Below are positions 29,254-32,000 of a stretch of DNA of 32,000 nucleotides, in pieces (position 1 is the stretch's first letter; each line of letters opens with the position of its first letter). The stretch spans positions 7,155-39,154 of the forward strand of contig JBDKVF010000039.1 in assembly GCA_039679285.1 (NCBI GenBank). The letters are read 5' to 3'. The translations under genes and the position numbers were made by a program. The notes below the pieces were generated by a model, which worked only from the letters and a program-made list of their open reading frames with translations, ran no database searches and was not told the DNA's origin. The stretch is from Methanobacteriaceae archaeon (GTDB taxonomy: Archaea > Methanobacteriota > Methanobacteria > Methanobacteriales > Methanobacteriaceae).

Positions 29254-30210
29254 ATGACTGAGCTTCTCCATAAGGCCTCCGCCGAAACCAACCCGGAGTA
29301 CGGGTGTGCCCCGGCAGAAAGACATATGGAAGAGCATCTGCACAAATCCGTCATCAACCTGGACAAACCCATGGGACCCACCTCTCACCAGGTGGATTCC
29401 TGGGTTAAGAACATACTCCACGTGGAGAAGACTGGCCACGGCGGCACCCTGGACCCCCGGGTCACGGGTGTGCTGCCGGTGGGGGTGGATGATGCCACCC
29501 GGGTCATCCAGCTACTATTATCAGCACCCAAGGAGTACGTTTGTCTCATGCGCATCCACCAGCCCGTTTCCGAGGCCCGGGTGCGCAGGGCGCTGGAGGA
29601 GTTCACCGGTAAAATATTCCAGACCCCACCCCTCCGCTCGGCAGTTAAAAGAGAACTGCGGGTGCGTAACATATACTACGTGCACATCCTGGAAGTAGAA
29701 AAACAGGAGGTTCTCTTCCGCATCGGCTGTGAGGCCGGTACCTACATCCGTAAGTACTGTCACGATGTGGGGGAAGCCCTGGGAGTGGGGGCGCACATGG
29801 CGGAGCTGCGCCGTACCCAGGTGGGATCCTTCCAGGAGGACACCCTGCACACCCTCCAGGACCTGACCGATGCCTACGTGGCCTGGCAGGAAGGGGATGA
29901 GACACCCCTCCGGGAGTGTCTTCTGCCCATGGAGGCTGCCGCCAGTCACCTGCCCCTCTTGGTGATCCGGGACTCGGCGGTGGATGCGGTGTGCCACGGA
30001 GCTGACCTGGCCGCCGGGGGCATACTATCCCTGGCTCCGGATCTGAAGGAGGGTGACCTGGTGAGGGTGGAAACCCTTAAAGGGGAACTGGTGGCAGCTG
30101 GTCAAACCCTGCACACCTCCGGGGAGATATACCGCAACTCCCAGGGAATCATGGTAGATATAAAAAAGGTTTTTATGGAACCTGGAACATATCCACAAAT
30201 GTGGAAGTGA
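29254..30210 (+). CDS. cbf5: H/ACA RNP pseudouridine synthase Cbf5 (TruB family)
   Basis: VINLDKPMGPTSHQV…HGGTLDPRVTGVLPV (catalytic Asp motif), with a PUA-like C-terminus. The ATG at 29254 is preferred over the TTG at 29242. Confidence 0.9.
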   Translation: MTELLHKASAETNPEYGCAPAERHMEEHLHKSVINLDKPMGPTSHQVDSWVKNILHVEKTGHGGTLDPRVTGVLPVGVDDATRVIQLLLSAPKEYVCLMRIHQPVSEARVRRALEEFTGKIFQTPPLRSAVKRELRVRNIYYVHILEVEKQEVLFRIGCEAGTYIRKYCHDVGEALGVGAHMAELRRTQVGSFQEDTLHTLQDLTDAYVAWQEGDETPLRECLLPMEAAASHLPLLVIRDSAVDAVCHGADLAAGGILSLAPDLKEGDLVRVETLKGELVAAGQTLHTSGEIYRNSQGIMVDIKKVFMEPGTYPQMWK

Positions 30211-30274
30211 AAACCTGCTATTTCTACCATACACTATAAAATGTAAGTAAAATCTAAAGGGTGTTCTATTCACT

Positions 30275-30364
<90 letters not shown>

Positions 30365-30426
30365 TTCAAAAACTACAAACCCTTAAAAAAACATAAACTT
30401 AGCAGGAAATTGTACGATTTGGAAAA

Positions 30427-30437
30427 TAAATATAAAA
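30427..30437 (+). promoter_or_regulatory. TATA-box-like element upstream of the S13-S4-S11-rpoD operon
   Basis: 'taaatataaaa' lies 101 nt upstream of the rps13 ATG and is identical to the element at 12771-12781. Confidence 0.5.
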
Positions 30438-30537
30438 AATCAGAGGTTAAGGTATAGAAAGTTTCAGACCCCCACCCCTGAAGGTGGAGGACTGATGATC
30501 CGCCACAACCACCTGATACTATTGGAGGAAAATTTAG

Positions 30538-30993
<456 letters not shown>

Positions 30994-31008
30994 AGAGGAG
31001 ATGATCAT

Positions 31009-31539
31009 ATGGGACATCCAAGAAAATCAAGGAAAAACTACGACACACCCTCCCACCCCTGGAATGCAGACCGGATTAATGATGAAAACCGACTGGTAAC
31101 CAGATACGGACTTAAAAACAAGAAGGAAATCTGGAAGGCTGAAACCAAAATCCGCCGGTACCGGCGTGATGCCCGGGTACTCCTGGGTACCGAAACCGAC
31201 CAGAGCCAGAAGGAAAGAGAACAACTCCTGGGCAGTCTGATACGAACCGGTATTATGGGAGAATCCTCTAAACTGGAAGAAGTGCTGGATCTGACGGTGG
31301 AGGATGTTCTGCGCCGCAGGTTACAGACCATGGTACACAAACAGGGACTGGCCCACACCGTGAAACAGGCCCGTCTCATGGTGGTCCACGGACACATAGC
31401 CCTGCAGGGAAGGAAGATCAACTCCCCGGGCTATCTGGTGAAGCGTGGTGAAGAAGAGCTCCTAGGATTCTATCCTGGCTCACCCATGGAACAACAGATA
31501 AAAAAACCCGCTAAACAAGAAACGGGTGCAAAGGAATAA
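31009..31539 (+). CDS. rps4: 30S ribosomal protein S4 (uS4)
   Basis: [23 protein letters not shown]…[13 protein letters not shown]. Confidence 0.95.
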   Translation: MGHPRKSRKNYDTPSHPWNADRINDENRLVTRYGLKNKKEIWKAETKIRRYRRDARVLLGTETDQSQKEREQLLGSLIRTGIMGESSKLEEVLDLTVEDVLRRRLQTMVHKQGLAHTVKQARLMVVHGHIALQGRKINSPGYLVKRGEEELLGFYPGSPMEQQIKKPAKQETGAKE

Positions 31540-31552
31540 TCAGGTGATATAA

Positions 31553-31948
31553 ATGGCTGAAAGAAAAGAGAAATGGGGAGTAGCCAATGTGTATTCATCC
31601 TTCAACAACACCATCATTACCATCACCGACCTCACCGGGGCCGAAACCATAACCCAGTGGTCCGGTGGTAAGGTGGTCCGTGCCGATCGACAGGAATCAT
31701 CACCCTTCGCCGCCATGGAAGCAGCCAGCCGAGCTGCCGATGACGCTAAAGAAAAAGGATTCACAGGTTTACACATAAAAGTCCGAGCCCCTGGTGGTAA
31801 CGGACCCCGTACCCCCGGACCAGGAGCCCAGGCAACTATAAGGGCTCTGGCCCGTGCAGGGATAAGGATTGGAAAGATTGAGGACGTGACCCCCGTACCC
31901 CACGATGGAACGGGACGGCCCGGCGGTAAGCGGGGTAGAAGGGTCTAA
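31553..31948 (+). CDS. rps11: 30S ribosomal protein S11 (uS11)
   Basis: [27 protein letters not shown]…[19 protein letters not shown]. The SD is 'caggtgat'. Confidence 0.95.
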   Translation: MAERKEKWGVANVYSSFNNTIITITDLTGAETITQWSGGKVVRADRQESSPFAAMEAASRAADDAKEKGFTGLHIKVRAPGGNGPRTPGPGAQATIRALARAGIRIGKIEDVTPVPHDGTGRPGGKRGRRV

Positions 31949-31971
31949 TAACCAAAAATGAAGTGTCTAGA

Positions 31972-32000
31972 ATGGAGATAGAAATCAAAAACCAGGATGA
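31972..32000 (+). CDS. rpoD: DNA-directed RNA polymerase subunit D, first codons only (3'-truncated by the window edge)
   Basis: ATG at 31972 gives MEIEIKNQD… in an open frame to the window end. The call rests mainly on the conserved archaeal order S13-S4-S11-RpoD, because only 9 codons are visible. Confidence 0.45.

Noticed and set aside
30441-30520. A complete canonical C/D box sRNA gene in the S13 leader.
   Set aside because: Only the D'-C'-D half is recognisable (CTGA, TGATGA, CTGA). No RUGAUGA C box sits about 12 nt upstream of the first CTGA, and I could not find terminal complementary ends. It is therefore reported only as a k-turn-like motif or alternative uORF, not as an sRNA feature.

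Overview
This window looks like a chromosomal segment of a methanogenic archaeon of the Methanobacteriales type. The evidence is gene content and order, GGTGAT/GGAGG Shine-Dalgarno sequences, and archaeal-only genes such as L32e, L19e, S4e, aSUI1, Rpp29, Cbf5 and archaeal Adk/Cmk. Positions 1-12.7 kb carry mixed housekeeping genes. These are a nitroreductase fragment, a membrane protein, a cyclase-family hydrolase, a NYN / MJ0158-type PLP enzyme / RtcA operon, a PadR-like regulator, a pycA-birA operon, a METTL5-like methyltransferase, tRNA-Lys(CUU) and a DUF171 SPOUT methyltransferase. Positions 12.8-32 kb are the large archaeal ribosomal-protein super-cluster. Its order is L3-L4-L23-L2-S19-L22-S3-L29-aSUI1-Rpp29-S17-L14-L24-S4e-L5-S14-S8-L6-L32e-L19e-L18-S5-L30-L15-SecY-Adk-DUF106-L34e-Cmk-L14e-Cbf5, then tRNA-Ser(GGA), then S13-S4-S11 and the first codons of rpoD. 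I see no CRISPR array, no transposase or integrase, and no recognisable defence or secondary-metabolite system, so I cannot honestly point to a new multi-gene system here. The observations most worth a second look are: (1) a decayed, frameshifted second copy of the METTL5-like methyltransferase gene next to tRNA-Lys, separated from the intact copy by a markedly AT-rich gene; (2) a uS3 gene about 230 codons longer than its conserved core, ending in a repetitive acidic/lysine-rich tail; (3) a uS5 gene with a eukaryote-like N-terminal RGG repeat; (4) a 192-nt hairpin-rich spacer that interrupts the otherwise tightly packed operon between L32e and L19e; (5) a C'/D-box (k-turn)-like motif and an SD-preceded 27-codon uORF in the S13 leader; and (6) the tight NYN / SelA-like PLP enzyme / RtcA operon. 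All protein family calls come from reading the translations by eye, and no database search was run.
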